Assembly (NCBI GenBank): GCA_041600715.1
Contig: JBFIJM010000001.1
Coordinates: forward strand, 256,387 to 320,386
Reading direction: 5' to 3'
Source: Candidatus Saccharimonadales bacterium
Lineage (GTDB): Bacteria > Patescibacteriota > Saccharimonadia > Saccharimonadales > 2-12-FULL-41-12
DNA: 64,000 bases
A program made the position numbers and the translations under genes. Of the stretch, positions 35,694 to 42,962 are shown one piece after another. Positions within the stretch are counted from its first letter, which is position 1. The number at the start of each line of letters is the position of its first letter. The notes beneath the pieces were generated by a model, which did no database searches, had not been told where the DNA came from, and was given only the letters and a program-made list of their open reading frames with translations.

Positions 35694-36416
35694 ATGGCAG
35701 AAACAGCCACCCAACCAGTCGTAGGAAAAAACTACGGCAGTTCATTTGATCTAGCAAAAAAAAGCGCCAATCTGGTAAAGAAGTTCTTGCCACTATTTGC
35801 GCTAGTGTGGGTGATTGACTTACTCGGCTCAATCGGCCCAGAGCCAGATTCAGAGCTAGCAACTAACAGCGCAATGTGGTCAGAGTCACTCAATATAGGG
35901 CCAGGTGCACTTTCAACACTACTGGGCGGGGCGCTTGTCATACTACTAGTATTGCTCGTGGTGTACATCTTCGTAACAGCTATGCGTTATAGCCTGGAAC
36001 TACGGGTCAGTCGTGGCAAGACACCAAAGGTAAATGAGCTCGTTTCAGATGCAAAGAAGTACTTCTTTCGATTTGTCGGTGTTGGGTTACTTTCAATTCT
36101 AATTGTGATCCCAGGATTAATTGCGCTGATTCTGCCAGGGCTATACCTCTTAGTACGCATTATCTTTGCGCCGTATCTATTAATCGACCGAGATCTTAGC
36201 GCTGTAGACGCAATAAAAGCCAGCTGGCGAATGACCGATGGCAGGTTTATGGCCACTGCAGGTCCGTTGGGCGTTATCCTACTTGTCACAATAATCGCGA
36301 CCATTTTGTTCGGCTGGGTACCAGTCGTTGGTGGAGTATTAGCCCTTATTGCTTCAATAGCCGTGTCTTTAACGTTGCCACTCCGCTACGTTCAAATTGC
36401 CAAAGACGTTAAATAG
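35694..36416 (+). CDS. Hypothetical polytopic membrane protein (240 aa)
   Basis: A GGGAGATGG Shine-Dalgarno precedes the ATG, there are about 5-6 TM segments, and a clean terminator follows. Confidence 0.8.
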   Translation: MAETATQPVVGKNYGSSFDLAKKSANLVKKFLPLFALVWVIDLLGSIGPEPDSELATNSAMWSESLNIGPGALSTLLGGALVILLVLLVVYIFVTAMRYSLELRVSRGKTPKVNELVSDAKKYFFRFVGVGLLSILIVIPGLIALILPGLYLLVRIIFAPYLLIDRDLSAVDAIKASWRMTDGRFMATAGPLGVILLVTIIATILFGWVPVVGGVLALIASIAVSLTLPLRYVQIAKDVK

Positions 36417-36434
36417 CGTTTCACTAAATGAAAG

Positions 36435-36460
36435 TAGCTCCTCACTCGGGGCTATTTTTA
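36435..36460 (+). terminator. Intrinsic terminator of the 35694-36416 gene
   Basis: TAGCTCC-TCACTC-GGGGCTA followed by TTTTTA. It ends 2 nt before the attL repeat. Confidence 0.75.
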
Positions 36461-36462
36461 GT

Positions 36463-36483
36463 TGGTGCGCGAGAAAGGACTTG
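36463..36483. repeat. attL: orphan copy of the tRNA-Leu 3' end
   Basis: TGGTGCGCGAGAAAGGACTTG is identical to 41492-41512. Confidence 0.85.
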
Positions 36484-36610
36484 GTCACGTCCCGCGACCC
36501 CTGAAAAACATCTTTGAAAACCAGTTTTCAAGAGTTTATTCCTGTCCTGACTGCCACAGGCAGTCCTCCCCTTCACGCCTTAGGGTTTTGGTTCAAGGCA
36601 TTTCAAGCAA

Positions 36611-36643
36611 CGTAAAAACCAGCCACACGGACTGGTTTTTACG
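36611..36643 (-). terminator. Bidirectional-looking terminator downstream of the Nudix gene pair
   Basis: CGTAAAAACCAG-CCACACGGA-CTGGTTTTTACG. T-runs follow the stem on both strands. Confidence 0.65.
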
Positions 36644-36835
36644 TTGGTGCACCTGATGACAGATGTCTTGAACCTTTAGAGAGTATATCTGATTGGCTAC
36701 TAAGTAGTCCAGATGTAGACTGGAATTTACAGCTTAGGAATGCTTCACTATCTCGATTTGTGCCCCAGTATCAGCTCTGATAAGAGCGTGTTGTTACTCT
36801 CGCTAGAAGTCGTTTGAACCTAACACAGTATGTAT

Positions 36836-37285
36836 CTACCGTAAGTATTTATTATCAAGCAAGAATTTGTCTTGCTCGGCGTGCATTTTTTCTGGCAATT
36901 CAGTAAACCAGTCTCCACTGGAAGCCTCGTTATTAGGGGAGAGACTACCTTGGTATTCAATGACCTCAAAAACAATTCCAACGGGTGAATCTAAGCCATT
37001 CTCGTAGTGACTTGGGTATTCTATGTAGCCCTCTTGAGTTACCTTAGTGACTTTAATTGACAACTCTCGTTCAGCAATTCGCTTAACTGCTTCAACTAAT
37101 GGCTCACCAAATCTAACAGTGCCACCAACCAAGTGCCATTGCCCCTTACAAGGCTCAATAGCTCGCTTAGTGAGGTATATAGCACCTTCAGGATTTCGTA
37201 CAATCACTTCAACGGTCAGTCTTGGTACCTTAGAGTAAATTGAATCGAACTCCTCCTTACTCAAAGGTTGGTTATTTGCTTCCAT
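36836..37285 (-). CDS. Nudix hydrolase (GDP-mannose mannosyl hydrolase-like)
   Basis: 149-aa ORF with Nudix box GGTVRFGEPLVEAVKRIAERELS. From memory, the N-terminal layout (EEFDSIYSKVPRLTVEVIV...KGQWHLVGG) resembles NudD/Gmm-type enzymes. Confidence 0.8.
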   Translation of the reverse strand: MEANNQPLSKEEFDSIYSKVPRLTVEVIVRNPEGAIYLTKRAIEPCKGQWHLVGGTVRFGEPLVEAVKRIAERELSIKVTKVTQEGYIEYPSHYENGLDSPVGIVFEVIEYQGSLSPNNEASSGDWFTELPEKMHAEQDKFLLDNKYLR

Positions 37286-37288
37286 AGA

Positions 37289-37747
37289 TTAGAGAACTGC
37301 CTTATCCTCTAGCTGCTTTAGAACTTTTTCCCATAACGCAAAAGCTGAAGCGGGGATAACGTTACTAGGATTTGTTTTTAACAATTCTCTAATTTCCACC
37401 TTTGTAACCCAGTTGGTTTCAGCAACTTCTTCTTTATCTATGTTTAGATTTGCGTCAATCTTAGATTTATCAACAAGAGCATAATATATGCTGAAGCGTC
37501 GGGTCGCACCGTCAGGGTGGACAAAATCTTCCTCAAACAGTAACTCTGGTACGTAGAGGTTTGGCGTAAGCCCAAGTTCTTCTTCTGTTTCTCGCAACAA
37601 TCCTTGCTCGACGGTTTCTCCGTCTTCAAGCTTTCCCGTAACACTCGGTCCCCATAGGCTAGGGTCGTGAACCTTATGGTCAGCTCGCCGTGCTAACAGT
37701 AATTTCCCGTCATCATTTACAAGCCACAACACAGCAACATAATACAT
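37289..37747 (-). CDS. Nudix hydrolase
   Basis: 152-aa ORF with Nudix box TGKLEDGETVEQGLLRETEEELGL. It lies 3 nt upstream of the second Nudix gene. Confidence 0.85.
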   Translation of the reverse strand: MYYVAVLWLVNDDGKLLLARRADHKVHDPSLWGPSVTGKLEDGETVEQGLLRETEEELGLTPNLYVPELLFEEDFVHPDGATRRFSIYYALVDKSKIDANLNIDKEEVAETNWVTKVEIRELLKTNPSNVIPASAFALWEKVLKQLEDKAVL

Positions 37748-37944
37748 ACCTAAATCATATCACTACTTAAACCGCATAAGAACATTGCAGTCACGTCGCA
37801 CAATACTTATTCTGCGTCAGACAATAACAGGGGTAGAGGTCAATTTTTTACTACATAGGGGCGTGTCAAGTGCTAGAGTTATTTTCGCCCACCCCTGTTA
37901 TAAAACACCTTATACAATAATGGTGAATTAGCTAACTCATAGCA

Positions 37945-37974
37945 AAATGGAGAGGTACTAAGCCCTCTCCATTT
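37945..37974 (-). terminator. Hairpin downstream of the alpha/beta hydrolase gene
   Basis: AAATGGAGAGG-TACTAAGC-CCTCTCCATTT. Confidence 0.5.
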
Positions 37975-38025
37975 CTTATTGTTTTCAGCTCTTGAGCGTC
38001 ATAGTTAATTTCCTTTCTTAGCTTT

Positions 38026-38805
38026 CTAGGCTTGCTTTTCTTTAATCCATCGTGCAGTCGCTTCGTATAGTCGTTCCATTGCTCCATCTTCTATAAACGG
38101 ATGGGATGCGTCAGGAATAAGTATGTGTTCTGATTCTGCGTTAATGTTGTTAGCGTAATCTTTTCCGAAACGCTCCATAACCTCACCACTATTAGCTGCA
38201 TTTACGACAAGCGTATCAACCTTGAAGCTCTTTGCCATTTCTGTACTGCCTGGTGCATAGTCTTCAAAGACTTTACGGGACAGTACGTAGCCCGATCCAT
38301 TCGCTGAAACGTATGAATCAAGCTCTTTAATGTACATGAAGTCGTTCTCTAGGTTCTTTTTTGCCTGTGGTTCATCATAGCCATTTGTATGACTTGCGTC
38401 CCATAAAACAGCAGCGTCAAACGCTTGTTTTGCGGAGTATACAATCGCCATACCACTATAACTATGCCCTATCACACAAACCCATTCCGAACCTTGTTCT
38501 TTGACGTAATCAACAATCGTATCTATATCTGCTGCATTGGTTTTCACACCAAAGTCGCCAATGTTACGTTGCTTAGTATCGTCACCGTAAAAACTCACTC
38601 TTAAAGTCGCAATCCCTTGCTCTTCAAAGAAACGGGATGCGTTAAAGAGCAGTAGGTCGTGCATCCAACCACCCAAGCCAGGAGCTAGAACTGCTAGTGG
38701 AGAGCTGTAATCGCCACGCAATACACCGTGTATTTCTAATTCACTGTCAGGGATAGGAATATGCACTTCTGTTTCGTGCATAGAATCCAAACTAATCTTT
38801 TCCAT
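38026..38805 (-). CDS. Alpha/beta-fold hydrolase
   Basis: 259-aa ORF with a nucleophile elbow, GHSYSG, plus later Asp and His (IPDASHPF) in typical order. Confidence 0.8.
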   Translation of the reverse strand: MEKISLDSMHETEVHIPIPDSELEIHGVLRGDYSSPLAVLAPGLGGWMHDLLLFNASRFFEEQGIATLRVSFYGDDTKQRNIGDFGVKTNAADIDTIVDYVKEQGSEWVCVIGHSYSGMAIVYSAKQAFDAAVLWDASHTNGYDEPQAKKNLENDFMYIKELDSYVSANGSGYVLSRKVFEDYAPGSTEMAKSFKVDTLVVNAANSGEVMERFGKDYANNINAESEHILIPDASHPFIEDGAMERLYEATARWIKEKQA

Positions 38806-38822
38806 ATCAAACTCCTATAAAA

Positions 38823-38866
38823 AACCGAACAGTAATGACTTACTCAATCATACACCTGCTCGGTTT
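38823..38866 (-). terminator. Hairpin flanked by A and T runs, between the HTH gene region and the hydrolase gene
   Basis: AACCGAACAG pairs with CTGCTCGGTT (10 bp, 1 mismatch, 24-nt loop), flanked by AAAAA and TTTTT. Confidence 0.4.
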
Positions 38867-39259
38867 TTGAAGTTTGTTAGTTACTAAGGCACACTAAAAA
38901 GTCGCAGAGAATGTATGACTGATTTAGCGGATTTCGTAGAGTAACATAATTGATTATCATAATAACACTATATAGTGCTAATGTCAATTATTAGTCTGCT
39001 TACACTTCACTAACTACAGAGATATGCAGAATACCTCGACATAAACTCTAAAGCTTGTCCAAAGCTCTGAAAATGCGTCACAGAGCATGTTTTAGCTGGG
39101 GTTCTCGTTCATCTTTTGCACTCTGAAACTACATTCGTACTGTTCACGAGATTTTTTCTGATATTTTTGACCCTTAACGCCATTTTTCTGCCGTACATTT
39201 TCCTTACCTTGTCTGACACCAAATCTCTTAGAAATTGAGTGAGAGCATACAAGTTTTCG

Positions 39260-39508
39260 TTACATTGTCCGATAAGTACCAGAGCATAAATGACAGAGTA
39301 CAAACGTGCTCTGATTTTCGTATGCAGAGATTATCTTCTCAGTAAATAAAGGCTCGGTATTTAAGTAGCGATAGAACGTATCTCTGCTTACCTTAGCGTA
39401 ACGACAAGCGTCAGTGACATTGTAATTATTCTGAATAGCGTCAGCGATTTTGTCCATTATACTGATAGTTATTTTTGGTGGTCTACCATTTGATTTTTTA
39501 ATCATCAA
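39260..39508 (-). CDS. Small helix-turn-helix DNA-binding protein (82 aa)
   Basis: Contains GRPPKITISIMDKIADAIQNNYNVTDACRYAKVSRDTFYRYLN, a typical HTH. It is divergent from the recombinase operon and is a candidate regulator or directionality factor. Confidence 0.65.
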   Translation of the reverse strand: MMIKKSNGRPPKITISIMDKIADAIQNNYNVTDACRYAKVSRDTFYRYLNTEPLFTEKIISAYENQSTFVLCHLCSGTYRTM

Positions 39509-39567
39509 TCCTCCTTTTGTTTTTGGCGTTACCTCTCTTCTTATTATCTCAAAAACAGCATTTTAAC

Positions 39568-39596
39568 TTGACAATGCTTATGTTAAAGAGTATAAT
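39568..39596 (+). promoter_or_regulatory. Consensus sigma-70 promoter of the recombinase operon
   Basis: TTGACA (39568-39573), a 17-nt spacer, then TATAAT (39591-39596). Confidence 0.7.
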
Positions 39597-39694
39597 TAGA
39601 GGTACAGTAGTGAGTGCATTTTGTCACAGTACACGTAGGCACTAGCTAGGAATCTACCCATTAGTCTTTCGTACTTTCGAGTATTGACTGACAA

Positions 39695-39913
39695 ATGGAT
39701 GATAAATCCGAATTACAGTTTCAATCAAACACAATAGACCCGCAGCAAGAGGTAGGGGGTCGTTTTGTTGTATTAAGTAAAAATACCGATCACATAGACG
39801 ATGGGTTGATAGCCTATGCAGATGCTCTTGAAGCCATAGACGAAAACAAAGCAGCAGCAAAACTCAACGAGGTATCCATGATAGGTAATAATGGTAGTCG
39901 TATCTATTACTAA
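39695..39913 (+). CDS. Hypothetical acidic small protein (72 aa)
   Basis: The ORF lies between the promoter and the recombinase gene. No Shine-Dalgarno and no recognisable family. Confidence 0.35.
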   Translation: MDDKSELQFQSNTIDPQQEVGGRFVVLSKNTDHIDDGLIAYADALEAIDENKAAAKLNEVSMIGNNGSRIYY

Positions 39914-39929
39914 TCGGTATCATTAGGGT

Positions 39930-41513
39930 ATGTTGCTGCAAGAAGAAATTGACCGCACCAAATTACGTTACGTGCTATATGCTCGTCGTTCCACCACAGA
40001 TGAGGGTAGCCAGGTTCGTTCTGTACCTGACCAAATCAAGTACTGTAAACGTCACGCAGAGATAGCTGGGCTGAATATAGTAGCTACAGTCAGGGAAAAA
40101 GGGTCAGCTAAAAAGCCTGATAAGAAAATACGACCAAAGTTTTATGATTTACTTGAAGAAATAGAGAATGGTGGCAAGTATGACGCCATCCTTGCATACG
40201 CCCCTGACAGGCTCTCTCGCAATATGTTAGACGGTGGTCGTATCATCAACCTGCTAGACGAAGACAAAATAAAAGACCTACAATTTCCGACGCATCACTT
40301 TACGAACGATCCATCTGGAAAACTCACGCTCGGAATCATGTTCTCTATCTCTAAGCATTTCTCTGATGATCTATCACAGAAAGTGCGTAGAGGTGTATCT
40401 GGTAACTTTGATGACGGTAAATCCTCTGGATCGCCTAAGTGGGGCTATGACCGAAATGAACAGAGTGGGCTTTACGAACCTAACGACTGGTTCAACGTAA
40501 TTCAAGAAGCATGGTTCATGAGAGTAAAAGGCTCTACCAATAAAGCAATTCAAGAGTACTTACTTGAGAAAGATTATCATCGTGTTACTAAGGTAAATAA
40601 AAAGAATAAATACCCGAAGAAGATATATCCGACTGAAAAAAGTGTAGGTGTGATGTTTCAAGACCCTTTTTATTACGGGATACTTGAGCAAGCCAATCAG
40701 ACGATTGACCTAAGAACGGTATACGACTTTGAGCCAATGATTGACGAGGAAACATACAATCAAGTACAAGCTCTAGCTTACACTCGCAAACGTGATATTA
40801 ACCCCAAGAAAGGCTTTGAATTTAAGCCACTCACTAGGATGGTCTATTGTGGCGTATGCAAGAGTGATAGGTGGATGTTAGTAGGCAAAAACAAGCCAGG
40901 CGGTAGCGATCATCACGTCCTAACCTACCGTTGCGACAACAAAGACTGCACTCGCTATCCTAAGTCAGTCAGAGCGAAGTACGTGTTCAACGCTATTTAT
41001 GAGCTACTGGATAAACTAGAGCTGTCAGACGAAGCGTATGAGCGTTACAGCAAACGCATTGAGAGCTTTACAGACGATAAGATCATCAAGATTAAGAGTG
41101 ATATTGCCAGTAAACGTGGTGCGTATGCTCACAAGAAAAAAGAGCTTGATGATCTGTCACTTGGACTTAGTAAAATCAAACGAAGTTCATCAGCTTATGC
41201 AATCAACGAAGATAAGATTGAGCAGCTCGCTATTGAAACTCAAGAACTAGATGATGAGATCGACAAGCTCAAGGAAAAGATTGCTAATCCGAGCAAAATT
41301 AAGCTAACCAGAGATCAGTTCTTGAACCTCGTAAAATTAGCTCCTGACAAGATGAGAGCAGGTTCAGCAGTTGAAAAAGATCGTGTTGCGCGGATTTTGT
41401 TCTTGAACCTAACAATTGACAATGAAAAAAGGGTCTTCCCAATCTGGAAAGAACCCTTTGCAAGCCTTGTAAAGGCGATTGAAATGTCGTCTGGTGCGCG
41501 AGAAAGGACTTGA
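39930..41513 (+). CDS. Large serine recombinase (integrase)
   Basis: 527-aa ORF with N-terminal resolvase-type catalytic domain motifs (YARRST with Ser nucleophile, PDRLSRN), a central recombinase domain, a Cys cluster (CGVCKS...YRCDNKDC) and a C-terminal coiled coil. Its stop codon lies inside attR. Confidence 0.9.
   Translation: MLLQEEIDRTKLRYVLYARRSTTDEGSQVRSVPDQIKYCKRHAEIAGLNIVATVREKGSAKKPDKKIRPKFYDLLEEIENGGKYDAILAYAPDRLSRNMLDGGRIINLLDEDKIKDLQFPTHHFTNDPSGKLTLGIMFSISKHFSDDLSQKVRRGVSGNFDDGKSSGSPKWGYDRNEQSGLYEPNDWFNVIQEAWFMRVKGSTNKAIQEYLLEKDYHRVTKVNKKNKYPKKIYPTEKSVGVMFQDPFYYGILEQANQTIDLRTVYDFEPMIDEETYNQVQALAYTRKRDINPKKGFEFKPLTRMVYCGVCKSDRWMLVGKNKPGGSDHHVLTYRCDNKDCTRYPKSVRAKYVFNAIYELLDKLELSDEAYERYSKRIESFTDDKIIKIKSDIASKRGAYAHKKKELDDLSLGLSKIKRSSSAYAINEDKIEQLAIETQELDDEIDKLKEKIANPSKIKLTRDQFLNLVKLAPDKMRAGSAVEKDRVARILFLNLTIDNEKRVFPIWKEPFASLVKAIEMSSGARERT
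41492..41512. repeat. attR: repeat copy forming the 3' end of the intact tRNA-Leu
   Basis: TGGTGCGCGAGAAAGGACTTG is identical to 36463-36483. Confidence 0.85.
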
Positions 41514-41576
41514 ACCTTCACGCCCGAAGGCACTAGTTCCTAAGACTAGCGTGTCTACCAATTCCACCACTCGCGC
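41492..41576 (-). tRNA. tRNA-Leu (anticodon UAG), CCA encoded
   Basis: Hand-folded cloverleaf of GCGCGAGTGGTGGAATTGGTAGACACGCTAGTCTTAGGAACTAGTGCCTTCGGGCGTGAAGGTTCAAGTCCTTTCTCGCGCACCA. It has a 7-bp acceptor stem, anticodon stem CTAGT/ACTAG with loop CTTAGGA, a long variable arm (GCC-TTCG-GGC) and a T-loop TTCAAGT. Confidence 0.9.
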
Positions 41577-41586
41577 ATTGATGAAC

Positions 41587-41615
41587 ACTATACGCTAAAT
41601 TGCGTGCGAATTCAA
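41587..41615 (-). promoter_or_regulatory. Candidate tRNA-Leu promoter
   Basis: The minus strand reads TTGAAT (41610-41615), a 17-nt spacer, then TATAGT (41587-41592), about 10 nt before the tRNA 5' end. Confidence 0.5.
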
Positions 41616-41622
41616 TTGACTG

Positions 41623-42348
41623 TTAAGGATTATGAACATTGGTAGAACGCAGTGATAACGGCATAAGATTCAGAGCAATCCCACCTAAGCCCTGCTCTCG
41701 AAAGGCATTTTTTACAATTCCAGCCTCATAATGAGAACGGACTGCAACAAGACTAATATGATGCGGTACTGAACTATCGATATTGCATTTATTATGTGGA
41801 TCAATTGTACTCAATAACTCTTGTTGGTCGTTTCTTAATTCTTCTACTGCTGGACCGCTGATGTCTAATGCTATATGCCTCAAATTACCAGGCTTAGTAG
41901 ACCCGTATACCCCGATATTATTAATGTCAACTTCCAAATGATTGGAAGCAAGTTTTCGTTCCTGATAAAATTCCTCGATGTCATCGTTCATGCGTAGCAA
42001 AGCATGATCACGATTGCTAGCAGAAGGGACATAAATTTTATTGAGTATGCTACGTAGATAACGTGGTGGTACACACGAACTACCGTAATCAGCGCGCTTA
42101 AAATGCATCGCCTCAGAAGGTAGCTGGAGCTGAGATAATGCAGTTGTTACAGCTCTAGTAAGGTCAAATTGACCACGAATATCAACATATCGACGCAAAT
42201 AAGCCAAGCGTTTTTCGTTTACGACACTTGGACGAGTGCCCCGAATATTTTTGTGTTTAATCTTGTGTGAGTCAGCTCCACGTGGTCGCATTGGTTCAGA
42301 CGAGCTATTAATATCATACGTCTCATGAACATGATTATTAATTTTCAT
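41623..42348 (-). CDS. Hypothetical protein (241 aa)
   Basis: Long ORF with protein-like composition and no family I recognise. The two H-I-(A/S)-L motifs are too close together to call a 2H phosphoesterase. Confidence 0.6.
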   Translation of the reverse strand: MKINNHVHETYDINSSSEPMRPRGADSHKIKHKNIRGTRPSVVNEKRLAYLRRYVDIRGQFDLTRAVTTALSQLQLPSEAMHFKRADYGSSCVPPRYLRSILNKIYVPSASNRDHALLRMNDDIEEFYQERKLASNHLEVDINNIGVYGSTKPGNLRHIALDISGPAVEELRNDQQELLSTIDPHNKCNIDSSVPHHISLVAVRSHYEAGIVKNAFREQGLGGIALNLMPLSLRSTNVHNP

Positions 42349-42387
42349 GATGCCTATTATACCCTGTTTTATGATATTTACAAGTTG

Positions 42388-42924
42388 CTAATTATGGGGT
42401 CTCTGATAAAAATGTAGAGCGCTATCCCCGTATTGCTTACTCTGCACTAATTCAAGACCCTCGAACGGGTACCAGTCGGCTTTACCAGGCCACGACAGAA
42501 CCAATACCCCGCTTTCAGCTACATGTCGAGCCATACGTTTTAGATCGCGATAAGGAACAACATCGTAAGGTGGATCGAGTAAAACTACATCGAACTTCTC
42601 TATCTGATGCCGAGTGGACCAAGCACCGGCATAAGCTTTCACGACTTTTACCTGATCTTCGATCCCAAGCTTCACAATATTGCTTTTTATAACATTGTAC
42701 GCCCTAGGATCAACTTCTATCACTACTGCGCTAGAGGCGCCACGACTAACCGCTTCTATTGCTAGTGCTCCACTCCCAGAAAATGGGTCAAATACCCGCA
42801 ACCCTTCTATATCCCCTAGCGAGCCAAAGATCGCTCCGCGCATTTTTTCGCTCATAGGGTGTGTACGGTGCCCCTTTGGAGCTTCGTAGTTCCTGCCACT
42901 TAATCTTCCAGCGATAACTCTCAT
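42388..42924 (-). CDS. rsmD: 16S rRNA (guanine966-N2)-methyltransferase RsmD family
   Basis: 178-aa ORF starting MRVIAGRLSGRNYEAPKGHRTHPMSEKMRGAIF, with FSGSGALAIEAVSRGA and LDPPY motifs. Confidence 0.9.
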   Translation of the reverse strand: MRVIAGRLSGRNYEAPKGHRTHPMSEKMRGAIFGSLGDIEGLRVFDPFSGSGALAIEAVSRGASSAVVIEVDPRAYNVIKSNIVKLGIEDQVKVVKAYAGAWSTRHQIEKFDVVLLDPPYDVVPYRDLKRMARHVAESGVLVLSWPGKADWYPFEGLELVQSKQYGDSALHFYQRPHN

Positions 42925-42962
42925 ACCAACAGTCTAAGCCTAAACATTAAAAGCTAAAAGGG

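Larger units (their letters stand above)
36463..41512 (+). mobile_element. Integrative element of about 5.03 kb inserted at the 3' end of tRNA-Leu(UAG)
   Basis: It is bounded by exact 21-nt direct repeats and carries a large serine recombinase at the tRNA-proximal end, plus an HTH gene and cargo genes. Confidence 0.75.

Noticed and set aside
36484-36610. A possible ncRNA (tmRNA, SRP RNA or a tRNA remnant) next to attL. The minus strand ends ...GGGACGTGACCAAGTCCTTTCTCGCGCACCA and contains GTCAGGACAGGAA.
   Set aside because: No T-arm or acceptor pairing can be drawn beyond the 21-nt repeat. The SRP-like GGAAGCAGC core is absent, and no tmRNA tag reading frame or tmRNA-like 5' end is evident.
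36462-36656. The 64-aa ORF starting in the attL repeat (MVREKGLGHVPRPL...).
   Set aside because: It starts at a TTG inside the tRNA-derived repeat and runs through hairpins and a terminator. Its composition is not protein-like. I treat it as non-coding att-flank sequence.
36645-36675. Two candidates in TGGTGCACCTGATGACAGATGTCTTGAACC: a second tRNA-3'-end-like fragment (a possible older att scar), and a hammerhead-like CUGAUGA core.
   Set aside because: The T-stem cannot pair (AAAGG versus CATCT), so it is not a recognisable tRNA end. For a hammerhead, the required GAAA after stem II is missing (the sequence reads AAC) and stem II would be only 3 bp.
39109-39303. The 64-aa ORF downstream of, and overlapping, the HTH gene.
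   Set aside because: It starts at a TTG, overlaps the HTH ORF by 44 nt, and has a basic low-complexity sequence. It may be a frameshifted remnant, but it cannot be supported as an independent gene.
41623-42348. Assignment of the 241-aa protein to the 2H phosphoesterase (LigT-like) family, based on its HIAL and HISL motifs.
   Set aside because: The first motif lacks the Thr/Ser. The two motifs are only about 40 residues apart and both lie in the C-terminal third, which does not fit the duplicated-lobe architecture.
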